Position numbers and translations under genes: made by a program. From NCBI GenBank assembly GCA_937766455.1, contig CALLXD010000015.1:700-64699 (forward strand): 64,000 nt of DNA, written 5' to 3'. Below, one piece after another: positions 36,559-44,464 of the stretch. The notes beneath the pieces were generated by a model. That model searched no databases, was not told the DNA's origin, and saw only the letters and a program-made list of their open reading frames with translations. Each line of letters opens with the position of its first letter. Position 1 is the stretch's first letter. The DNA is from Vicinamibacterales bacterium. GTDB lineage: Bacteria; Acidobacteriota; Vicinamibacteria; Vicinamibacterales; UBA8438.

Positions 36559-37713
36559 ATGATAGCGGGGTTGTTCCTACAACGGGTCACCAGCGAGGTC
36601 GCGGCGGCACCGGGTGACCGGCTCTCGACGGGCCGTGCCAGGCCGATCACGGGGGCCGCGTGCGGTCCAGCGTACAATCCTCTGGTGCATTTGGGCTCAT
36701 ATGCCGCCTCGACAGCGGTGTGGCGCGGGGCGGAACTGTTCGACCGGCCTGACTGGTCCACGACCCTGACCGACGGGGAGCTACGGGACCTGGAGGCATT
36801 CGCACGGGTCAGCGCCGGTCCCGACGAAGCAGGCGCGGCGGTATCAGACCGCACGGCGCCTCCGCCGAGTGTCTTGGCACGGGCACGAGCCGCACGCACA
36901 GCACTCGAGACCGGGTCTGGCGCCGTACTGCTCCGCGGTCTGCCATTCGCACGCTGGGGCGAGTCTCTGACGACGCGCGCGTTCTGGGCGCTTGCCGGGT
37001 CTATCGGAACCCCGGTCTCACAAAGCGCGGAGGGAGAGCGGGTCTTTCACGTCCGCGACCAGGGCTACGCGGACCAGGACCCGCGGTTTCGGGGCCCCGC
37101 GTCACGCAAGCGGCTCAGCTTCCACACGGACCGTTGCGACGTCATCGCCTTCGCCTGTCTCCAGCCGGCGCAGACGGGCGGCGACAACTTCATTGTGAGT
37201 TCGGTCGCGCTGTATGAAGAGCTACGTACGCATCAGCCGCAGGTACTGAGGGTGCTGTGCGAGCCGTTCCCCTACTTGCGACATACGGTCGACAGGGGGA
37301 ACTCGCTGCCGTTTTGTCTCCTGCCGGTCTTCTCCGAACAGGACGGCCACTTCGCGGCCCATTTTCTGCGGGTGCTGATAGACCGCGCCGACCGTGAACC
37401 GAGCGCGCCGACATTGACCGCGGCCCAACGGGACGCGCTGGATGCCCTCGAGGCCCTGGCTGAGGATCCGGCACTGCATGTCCGCGTTCGGCTGCAGCCC
37501 GGCGATGTGCTGTTGCTCAACAACTGGACCACTTTGCATCGCCGGAGCGCGTTCACCGACGCCGCGTCGCCCCAAGAACGTCGGCACTTGCTGCGTATCT
37601 GGCTCTCCATGCCAGACAGTCGTCCGATTGCGCCCTGTTTCTCGGAGCACTTCGGTGCCACCGCGGCAGGGGCGCTCCGTGGAGGCATGCGGCCGGCCCG
37701 CCGGCCGGCCTGA
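36559..37713 (+). CDS. TauD/TfdA-family Fe(II)/2-oxoglutarate-dependent dioxygenase
   Basis: It has the HTD facial-triad block (LSFHTDRCD), LLLNNWTTLHRRSAF and RHLLRIW. The start is uncertain. ATG 36559 lies only 9 nt from the divergent nhaC start. GTG 36685 (VHLGSYAAS), preceded by TACAAT, is an alternative. Confidence 0.8.
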   Translation: MIAGLFLQRVTSEVAAAPGDRLSTGRARPITGAACGPAYNPLVHLGSYAASTAVWRGAELFDRPDWSTTLTDGELRDLEAFARVSAGPDEAGAAVSDRTAPPPSVLARARAARTALETGSGAVLLRGLPFARWGESLTTRAFWALAGSIGTPVSQSAEGERVFHVRDQGYADQDPRFRGPASRKRLSFHTDRCDVIAFACLQPAQTGGDNFIVSSVALYEELRTHQPQVLRVLCEPFPYLRHTVDRGNSLPFCLLPVFSEQDGHFAAHFLRVLIDRADREPSAPTLTAAQRDALDALEALAEDPALHVRVRLQPGDVLLLNNWTTLHRRSAFTDAASPQERRHLLRIWLSMPDSRPIAPCFSEHFGATAAGALRGGMRPARRPA

Positions 37714-37739
37714 CGGGTTGGTCTGCGATCAGGCAATCG

Positions 37740-38669
37740 ATGGGACACACTCACGACCACGGGCACAGCCACTCGGCGGGCCACCAAGGTGAGAGCGATG
37801 GGCATCTCATTGCGGCGGTATGCGTCAATGGGGCACTGACGGTCGTGCAGGTGATTGGCGGGCTCGCGTCGGGGAGTCTCTCGCTGCTTGCGGACGCCTT
37901 GCACAACTTGAGCGACGCCGGAGCACTGCTGATCGCGCTGTTCGCACGGCGCATTGGACGGCGGCCGGCCGACCACGCGCAGACCTTCGGGTATCGGCGC
38001 GCGGAACTGGTAGGTGCGGTGATCAATGCGACCACATTGAACGTGGTTGGACTCTATTTGCTCTACGAGGCGGCGTATCGCTTGGTGAACCCGACGCCGG
38101 TGATTGGCTGGACCGTCATCGTCGTCGCCGGGGTCGCCTTGGTGGTAGATCTCGTGACGGCCGCGCTGACCTATCGTTTGTCGAAGGGGAGTCTGAACGT
38201 GAGGGCCGCGTTCGTCCACAACGTCACAGATGCGCTCGGGTCCGTGGCGGTCATGGTGGCTGGCGTGCTGGTCGTGCGCTATGACCTCTATGTCGCGGAC
38301 GCCGTCGCCACCCTGCTGATTGCGGTGTACGCCCTGTATCACGGGGTGGTGATCACTCGCGACGCGAGCCGCATTCTGACGCTCGGCGCGCCGCTCGACA
38401 TCCACGTACCGGCACTGGCGGAGGCGCTCTGCAACGTGGAGGGCGTGGCCGACGTGCATCACGTGCACGTGTGGGAATTGGACGAGTCACAGCGGTCGTT
38501 TGAAGGACACATCGTCGTCGAACGGCAGGACGTGCAGCTCGCCGAGCGGGTGAAGAGGCTGGTGCGGGAGGTGCTGGAGACCTACGGCATTGCGCACGCC
38601 ACGCTGGAGTGTGAGTTTGGAGCGGTCACCGACGGTTGCTGCGAGGGCGAGGTCGTCGCCAAGCATTGA
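37740..38669 (+). CDS. Cation diffusion facilitator (CDF) family divalent-metal exporter
   Basis: It has a His-rich N-terminus (MGHTHDHGHSHSAGH), SLSLLADALHNLSD, FGYRRAELVGA and a C-terminal HVHVWEL cytoplasmic domain. Confidence 0.9.
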   Translation: MGHTHDHGHSHSAGHQGESDGHLIAAVCVNGALTVVQVIGGLASGSLSLLADALHNLSDAGALLIALFARRIGRRPADHAQTFGYRRAELVGAVINATTLNVVGLYLLYEAAYRLVNPTPVIGWTVIVVAGVALVVDLVTAALTYRLSKGSLNVRAAFVHNVTDALGSVAVMVAGVLVVRYDLYVADAVATLLIAVYALYHGVVITRDASRILTLGAPLDIHVPALAEALCNVEGVADVHHVHVWELDESQRSFEGHIVVERQDVQLAERVKRLVREVLETYGIAHATLECEFGAVTDGCCEGEVVAKH

Positions 38670-38694
38670 ATGCGTGATCAGGGGGGTGACCGGA

Positions 38695-40416
38695 ATGAAT
38701 GAAGGGAAGCTGGCGGTGAATCGGCGACGTTTTCTCGCCGGTCTCTCCGCCGCCGGTCTTGGGTCAACCCTCCTGCCGGGAGCACTCCTGGCCGTGGCCC
38801 AGGACGCTGACGAGATCACCGTCGAGATGCTCGATGCGGCCCAGCGGGTGGTAGGGCTCCGCTTCGGCCGCGACGAATTGCAGCGGATTGTCGGGCGACT
38901 CAACCGTCCGGGGGGCCGTGGTCCCGACGTCGAGGCGCTCCGCGGGGCGGCCCTGGGCAACGCCACCCAGTCGGCGCTGATATTCAACCCGGTGCCGCCG
39001 GGGCTGACGTTGCCCACCGCGCGGTACCCGATGCGACGTGCGCACCTCACCGTCTCACGACCGAGCAGCGACGAGGCGCTCGCGTTCTTGCCGGTCACGC
39101 ATCTCGCAAAATTGATCGAGACCAGGCAGCTCACCGCGTCTGAGCTCACCGAGCTGTACCTGGGCCGGTTGAAGCGCTACGACCCGGTCCTGCACTGTGT
39201 GGTGAGCTATACCGAAGAGCTGGCGCGGTCGCAGGCGCAACGGGCAGACGACGAGATCGCCGCTGGCACCTATCGGGGACCCCTGCACGGAATTCCGTGG
39301 GGGGCGAAGGATCTACTGTCCGTGCGGGGCACCCGCACCACGTGGGGGGCGTCGCCATACCGGAATCAGTCGATCGACGTCGACGCCACGGTGTATAGCC
39401 GGCTCACCGCTGCCGGCGCCGTGCTGGTCGCCAAATTATCGATGGGCGCTCTGGCCTCAGGTGACCGGTGGTTCGGCGGCCGCACACGAAACCCCTGGAA
39501 CACCGGCGAGGGATCGAGCGGGTCGTCGGCTGGGCCTGGCGCGGCTACGGCCGCCGGATTGGTCGGGTTCGCGGTCGGTACAGAGACCCGCGGGTCCATC
39601 GTCTCGCCCTCCTCACGGAGCGGGGTGACCGGGTTACGGCCCACGTTCGGTCGTGTGAGTCGGTACGGGGCGATGACCTTGGCCTGGAGCATGGACAAGG
39701 TCGGCCCGATGTGTCGCGCCGCCGAAGACTGTGCGCTTGTGCTTGACGCGATCCAGGGGCCCGATGGTCGAGACAATACCGTGCTCGACGTACCGTTCAA
39801 CTGGGATGCCACTTCGGATCTGCGGCGCCTGAAAGTTGGCTACCCGAGGGCTGCCTTCGAGGACGAGATCGAAGACAACCTGCGGACACCCGACCGCGTG
39901 ACCAGGCTGCGGCGGATTCAGGCCAACAACCGGGAGGCGCTGGATGTCCTCCGTGGACTCGGCGTGCAAACGGTGCCCTTCGACCTGCCGGTGCTCCAGA
40001 CATCAACCATCGGATTCATCCTGGATACGGAGGCCGCGGCGGCGTTCGATGCGCCCACCCTGAGTGCGGAGCTTGACGGGATGCGGGAGCTACCCGAACA
40101 GAGCCGCTGGCCAGATAGTTTTCTGGCCGCGCGGTTTGTCTCCGCCATCGACTATCTGCAGGCCAACCGTCTGCGCATGCGGTTCATTGAGGCCGTACAC
40201 GAAGCTCTGGGTGATCTCGACCTGTTCATCGGGAGCCACGTGGCGTTGACCAACCTGACCGGTCATCCGGAACTCAGCCTGCCCAATGGATTTCACCGGG
40301 GCGCGCCGACCAGCTTGCGGTTGACGGGCAAATTGTTTGGGGAGGAGGCGCTGCTCCGTCTCGCTCATGCCTATCAAGCGGCGACCACGCATCATCTTCA
40401 GCACCCGACCGTGTAG
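38695..40416 (+). CDS. Amidase-signature family enzyme with Tat signal
   Basis: It has a twin-arginine signal (NRRRFLAGLSAAGLGS), GIPWGAKDLL and the Gly/Ser-rich signature GSSGSSAGPGAATAAGLVGFAVGTETRGSIVSPS. Confidence 0.88.
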   Translation: MNEGKLAVNRRRFLAGLSAAGLGSTLLPGALLAVAQDADEITVEMLDAAQRVVGLRFGRDELQRIVGRLNRPGGRGPDVEALRGAALGNATQSALIFNPVPPGLTLPTARYPMRRAHLTVSRPSSDEALAFLPVTHLAKLIETRQLTASELTELYLGRLKRYDPVLHCVVSYTEELARSQAQRADDEIAAGTYRGPLHGIPWGAKDLLSVRGTRTTWGASPYRNQSIDVDATVYSRLTAAGAVLVAKLSMGALASGDRWFGGRTRNPWNTGEGSSGSSAGPGAATAAGLVGFAVGTETRGSIVSPSSRSGVTGLRPTFGRVSRYGAMTLAWSMDKVGPMCRAAEDCALVLDAIQGPDGRDNTVLDVPFNWDATSDLRRLKVGYPRAAFEDEIEDNLRTPDRVTRLRRIQANNREALDVLRGLGVQTVPFDLPVLQTSTIGFILDTEAAAAFDAPTLSAELDGMRELPEQSRWPDSFLAARFVSAIDYLQANRLRMRFIEAVHEALGDLDLFIGSHVALTNLTGHPELSLPNGFHRGAPTSLRLTGKLFGEEALLRLAHAYQAATTHHLQHPTV

Positions 40417-40568
40417 TGCCCTTGACTGAAGTCGTTCTGTTAGAACGCGTTACGGGTCGTGTCCGGCTGAATTACACAACAATTACATGGCTCGGGCGGT
40501 GTTGCCTGATAGTCTGAGCATCGTTCCGCTGCGGCGTGTTGCCGTCGGCGTGTCTTGAGGGAGTTGCC

Positions 40569-41435
40569 GTGGCCACGACCGAGCCCGATTTCAACGACCG
40601 GAGCAAGATCAGCCCCACCACGACCACGGCGTTCGTCATCTTTCATATTCTCTCGGTGGTGGCGTTGTTCTACACCACCTGGCAGGCCGTCGTCGTCGCC
40701 GTGGTGTTGCACTGGGTGTGCATCAGCTGGGGCATCGGGATGGGCTATCACCGGCTCCACACGCACCGGTCCTACACGGTGCCCAAGGCTATCGACTATC
40801 TTTTTGCGGTGTGCGGATCGATGACGCTCCAGGGCGGCCCGATCTTCTGGACCGCGACTCATCGGATTCATCACCAGCGTTCCGACAAGCCGGGCGACCC
40901 GCACACGCCGCGAGACGGCAAGTGGTGGTCGCACATTCTCTGGACCATCTTCGGTGAGGAGATGCATTCGAACACCGAGGTCATGGGGAAGTATGCGCCA
41001 GACCTGATGAAGGATCGCTTCTACCGGGTGCTGAACAGTTGGCACTGGGTGCCGCTGGTGGTTCTGGGGCTGGTGCTGCTCGCCGTGGGCGGGTTGCCGT
41101 GGCTGCTCTGGGGGGTCTTTCTGCGCGTCACCGTCGGGCTGCACTGCACCTGGCTGGTCAACTCGGCGACGCATCTCTGGGGCCGGCGTCGGTTCCAGAC
41201 CACGGACGATTCGCGGAACAACTGGTGGGTCGCCATCCTGACGTTTGGCGAGGGCTGGCACAACAACCATCACGCCTATCCACGGTCTGCGAGGCACGGC
41301 CTCGTCTGGCGGGAGTTGGATATCAGTTGGCTGCAAATCCGGTTGCTCGCAGCGCTCGGCATTGCGAAAGATCTGCAGATACCGACCGCCAGCCAGATTG
41401 CCAACAAGGCCCTGCCGCTCGAAGAGGCCGCCTAG
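40569..41435 (+). CDS. Acyl-CoA (Delta9-type) membrane fatty-acid desaturase
   Basis: The His boxes are HRLHTHRSY, HRIHHQRSD and GEGWHNNHHAYP. A GAGGGAG Shine-Dalgarno sequence lies 6 nt before GTG 40569. The track ORF starts at 40536. Confidence 0.9.
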   Translation: MATTEPDFNDRSKISPTTTTAFVIFHILSVVALFYTTWQAVVVAVVLHWVCISWGIGMGYHRLHTHRSYTVPKAIDYLFAVCGSMTLQGGPIFWTATHRIHHQRSDKPGDPHTPRDGKWWSHILWTIFGEEMHSNTEVMGKYAPDLMKDRFYRVLNSWHWVPLVVLGLVLLAVGGLPWLLWGVFLRVTVGLHCTWLVNSATHLWGRRRFQTTDDSRNNWWVAILTFGEGWHNNHHAYPRSARHGLVWRELDISWLQIRLLAALGIAKDLQIPTASQIANKALPLEEAA

Positions 41436-41498
41436 CACGGCCTATCCGTTCCGTCAGCCCTTGCCACCCGGTGGCCCCTGACAGGCTATCCTTAGCGT

Positions 41499-42410
41499 AT
41501 GGATCGCTCTGGCGGTACGCGCAAGCGCGCCGTCGTCTTGGTGTGGCTACTCGGCGCGGGACTGATCGCGGTCGCGATCGGGCTCAATATCAGCTTCATC
41601 GTCGTCAACTGGCGCACCGGGCTGCTCCTGCTTGTCGGGGTGATCAGCTTTGCCGTGTTGATTGGCGGGCTCGCGCTGAACACGGTGTTCCTCATTCGCG
41701 AGATTCGCAAGAGCGAGCAGCACGACGCCTTCATTCATGCGGTCACGCATGAACTCAAGACCCCCCTCGCGTCGATCAAGTTGTATCTCCAGACCCTCCG
41801 GCAGCGCGAATTCGAGCCGGAGAAGCGGCGGGATCTGATCGACACGATGCTGGAGGATTCGGATCGCTTGCAGCAGACCATCGATCAAATCTTGCTAGCT
41901 GGGAAGACCGGTGCGGCGCGGCGGGTCGATAATCCGACCGACGTCGACGTGTCCGATATCGTGGGGGAGTGTGTTGCCCTCGCGGGCCGCCGTCATCATC
42001 TCGTAGACGGCGAGGTGCGGCTGGTTGATCAGATACCGCACGGAATCTTCGTGGTCAAGGGGGACCGCGAGGAACTGGCCGCCGCGGTCACGAATCTGGT
42101 CGACAATGCCATCAAGTATTCCGGCGCCCGGGTCCGGGTCGGGGTGGATGTGGCGCGCACCGGGGCCAGGCGGGTCGCCATCAGCGTGCGTGACCAGGGC
42201 ATTGGCATCACCGGGCAGGAGCTGAAACGCGTGTTTCGTCGCTTCTACCGGCTCCCGGCCGCGCTGCAGTCGAGAGTGCGGGGGACCGGGATCGGGCTGT
42301 CTATTGTGCGGGCCGTGGCGCGGCGGCACGGCGGACGTGCGTACGCGGAAAGCAGCGGCGCCGGGAAGGGCAGTACCTTCACGCTGGAACTGCCGTTGAA
42401 ATCGTCATGA
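41499..42410 (+). CDS. Sensor histidine kinase, intramembrane-sensing type (2 TM, minimal loop, no HAMP)
   Basis: Two TM helices are separated by about 5 residues (..VVNWRTGLL..). They are followed directly by the H-box FIHAVTHELKTPL, then the N/G boxes (NLVDNAIKY, DQGIGI, GTGIGLSIV). Confidence 0.9.
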   Translation: MDRSGGTRKRAVVLVWLLGAGLIAVAIGLNISFIVVNWRTGLLLLVGVISFAVLIGGLALNTVFLIREIRKSEQHDAFIHAVTHELKTPLASIKLYLQTLRQREFEPEKRRDLIDTMLEDSDRLQQTIDQILLAGKTGAARRVDNPTDVDVSDIVGECVALAGRRHHLVDGEVRLVDQIPHGIFVVKGDREELAAAVTNLVDNAIKYSGARVRVGVDVARTGARRVAISVRDQGIGITGQELKRVFRRFYRLPAALQSRVRGTGIGLSIVRAVARRHGGRAYAESSGAGKGSTFTLELPLKSS

Positions 42411-43147
42411 GCAGGGTGCTCATTGTTGAGGACGAGGAACACCTCGCAGAGGGGTTGCGGTTGAACCTCGAAGCGGAGGGATTTGCCGCCGAGATTGAGG
42501 ACAACGGTCAGGTGGCGTTGGACCGGCTGACGGCCGATTCGAATGCCTTCGACGTCGTGCTCCTGGACGTCATGTTGCCTGGACTCGACGGGTTTGAGGT
42601 GGTCCGACGCCTCCGTGACGCCGGTCGTTTTGTGCCTGTGATGTTGCTGACCGCTCGTTCCGATACCGATGATGTGCTGGCGGGCTTTGAGGCCGGTGCC
42701 GACGACTATTTGTCGAAGCCGTTCGACTTGTCGATTCTGCTGGCTCGGTTGCACGGGCTCCTGCGTCGGAAGACCTGGGTCAGCGGCCGCGCGGCGGACG
42801 GCTCCGTCGAGGAGTTGCGGGAATTTGCATTCGCCGGCAAGCGTATCGACTTCCCCGAACAGACCTTGCACTGGGATGGCACCACGCAGCCGCTGACGTT
42901 GATGGAGGCGACGCTGATGCGCTACTTCGTGCAGCACGCCGGCCACACCGTGTCCCGCAAGGCGCTGCTCGAAGAGGTCTGGGGTGTGCGGGAAGACACC
43001 GACACGCGCACCATAGACAATTTCATCGCGCGCTTGCGGCGGTATCTCGAGGCCGAGCCATCGCATCCCAAGCATCTCCAAACCATCCGGGGCGTCGGGT
43101 ATCGCTTCGTCGCCGAGCCGGACGACCCGGAGACGAGCGGACCATGA
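42407..43147 (+). CDS. OmpR/PhoB-family response regulator
   Basis: The REC domain shows VLIVEDEE and VLLDVMLPGLDG. The winged-helix output shows TLMEATLMRYF and IRGVGYRF. It overlaps the kinase gene by 4 nt. Confidence 0.93.
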   Translation: MSRVLIVEDEEHLAEGLRLNLEAEGFAAEIEDNGQVALDRLTADSNAFDVVLLDVMLPGLDGFEVVRRLRDAGRFVPVMLLTARSDTDDVLAGFEAGADDYLSKPFDLSILLARLHGLLRRKTWVSGRAADGSVEELREFAFAGKRIDFPEQTLHWDGTTQPLTLMEATLMRYFVQHAGHTVSRKALLEEVWGVREDTDTRTIDNFIARLRRYLEAEPSHPKHLQTIRGVGYRFVAEPDDPETSGP

Positions 43148-43782
43148 TTCGAACATTCGCGAAAGTCGCTGTCGGCGTCGCCGCGCTGGGTGTCCTGGTG
43201 TGGCTGTTTCTGTCGACGCTCCAGGACACGATTGCCGAGTCCTACGACGTCGATGGCGCCGCCTTCTCTGGCTGGACGCTGGTGTCGCGGGTGCCGCGGC
43301 CCGGCGAACTGGCGGCGCTGGGCCTTCGCCCACCGCAGCCGTTGGCGCCCGCGTTGTTCGACGAATTGTTTGCCCGGACCATGGCCTCGCTGACGACCCC
43401 CGGCGCCCCCCTGTTGCCCATTGTTCTCGCGCGCGAGGTACAGGGAGAACTGGGGATTGTGCTGACGCCGGACGAGATGCTGACGGTGGCGCGTGAGGCC
43501 GGACTCGAGCGGCTCCAGCTGCGACCGGTCTGCATGGCCGTCAAGCGCGAGCCCTTTATGGGGCGCACACGCGAGTTCTTTTTCATCGTGTTCGACGCGC
43601 CGGAGTTGGCGGCCGTGCGGGAGCAGCTCGGTGCGCTCGCGGCAGAGCGTGGCGTCGCGGGAGCGCTGAACGACCCGACGTTCGAGTTCGTACTTCCGGT
43701 GGCCGCGTCCGATGCGGAATTCGGTTCCTGGTGGCCGCTCGTCGTGGATCGCGAGACAGACTGTCAGGCACCGGTGACATAG
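43144..43782 (+). CDS. Hypothetical membrane-anchored protein
   Basis: 212 aa with an N-terminal TM helix (VAVGVAALGVLVWLFL), no recognised motif and good GC3 bias. An ATGA overlap couples it to the regulator gene. Confidence 0.6.
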   Translation: MIRTFAKVAVGVAALGVLVWLFLSTLQDTIAESYDVDGAAFSGWTLVSRVPRPGELAALGLRPPQPLAPALFDELFARTMASLTTPGAPLLPIVLAREVQGELGIVLTPDEMLTVAREAGLERLQLRPVCMAVKREPFMGRTREFFFIVFDAPELAAVREQLGALAAERGVAGALNDPTFEFVLPVAASDAEFGSWWPLVVDRETDCQAPVT

Positions 43783-43796
43783 GAGAGATAGGAGAG
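43779..43796 (+). repeat. Perfect tandem duplication of a 9-mer carrying a Shine-Dalgarno core (ataggagag x2)
   Basis: 43779-43787 and 43788-43796 are identical. The first copy contains the TAG stop of the upstream gene. The second ends 2 nt before ATG 43799. Confidence 0.9.
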
Positions 43797-43798
43797 AG

Positions 43799-44452
43799 AT
43801 GATGTCGCAAACGACCGTCCTGCAGGTCTTTACCGACTTCGTGTGACCCTGGTGTTATCTCAGTACCGTGCGTATTGAGCGATTGCGGCAGGACTACGAC
43901 ATCAGCGTGCAGTGGGTGTTTTTTCCGTTGCACCCGGAGACCCCCTCGTCGGGGCGTGCGCTTGAGGAACTCTTCGCTGGGCGGGGGTACGACCTGGAGG
44001 CGATGTTCCAACGGATGCAGGGCCTGATGACGCAGGAGGGGCTGGCCTATGGTCGCCGTACTCACACCTACAACAGCCGTCTCGCGCAGGAACTAGCCAC
44101 GTGGGCCGCGGCGCGTCCGGAGCGGGATCAGCTGCACGATCTCATCTACCGCGCGTATTTCGTCGACGGACGCGATATCGGGGATGTGGCGGTCCTCGTT
44201 GACCTGGCCGAGACGGCGGGGCTGCCCGCCGACGAGACCCGCGATGGGCTCGAGCACCGCACGTGGAGCGATGCCGTGGACGCCGACTGGGCGCTCGCGT
44301 CCCGGTCCGGGATTACCGGTGTGCCCACGTTTGCCGCCGGTGCACGACAGGTGGTCGGGGCTCAACCGGAGCCGGTGCTGCGCCAGCTCCTGGAGGCGGC
44401 CGGCGCCCAGCCCCGCGAGACCCAGCCGCGTCCGACCACGACGAGCGGCTGA
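43799..44452 (+). CDS. DsbA/FrnE-family thiol:disulfide oxidoreductase, predicted selenoprotein (UPWC redox motif; in-frame TGA at 43844-43846)
   Basis: ATG 43799 follows the GGAGAG Shine-Dalgarno sequence. Translation gives MMSQTTVLQVFTDFV-TGA-PWCYLSTVRIERLRQDYD, in frame with track ORF 43868..44452. The family consensus at this position is DFVCPWCY. The C-terminal part carries DsbA/FrnE blocks (GITGVPTFAAGARQVVGAQP). Confidence 0.7.
43859..43879 (+). promoter_or_regulatory. Candidate bacterial SECIS hairpin
   Basis: CUCAGUAC-CGUGC-GUAUUGAG forms an 8-bp stem (one G.U pair) with a 5-nt apical loop containing GU. The stem starts 12 nt after the UGA, and the loop starts 20 nt after it. Confidence 0.55.
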
Positions 44453-44464
44453 CAGCGGTAGCGG

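Noticed and set aside
37272-38468. 398-aa minus-strand ORF
   Set aside because: It lies antisense to the TauD and CDF genes, both of which have clear family motifs on the plus strand.
40440-41438. 332-aa minus-strand ORF
   Set aside because: It lies antisense to the desaturase gene, whose three His boxes are on the plus strand.
42245-43333. 362-aa minus-strand ORF
   Set aside because: It lies antisense to the response-regulator gene and its neighbours, and is Arg-rich.
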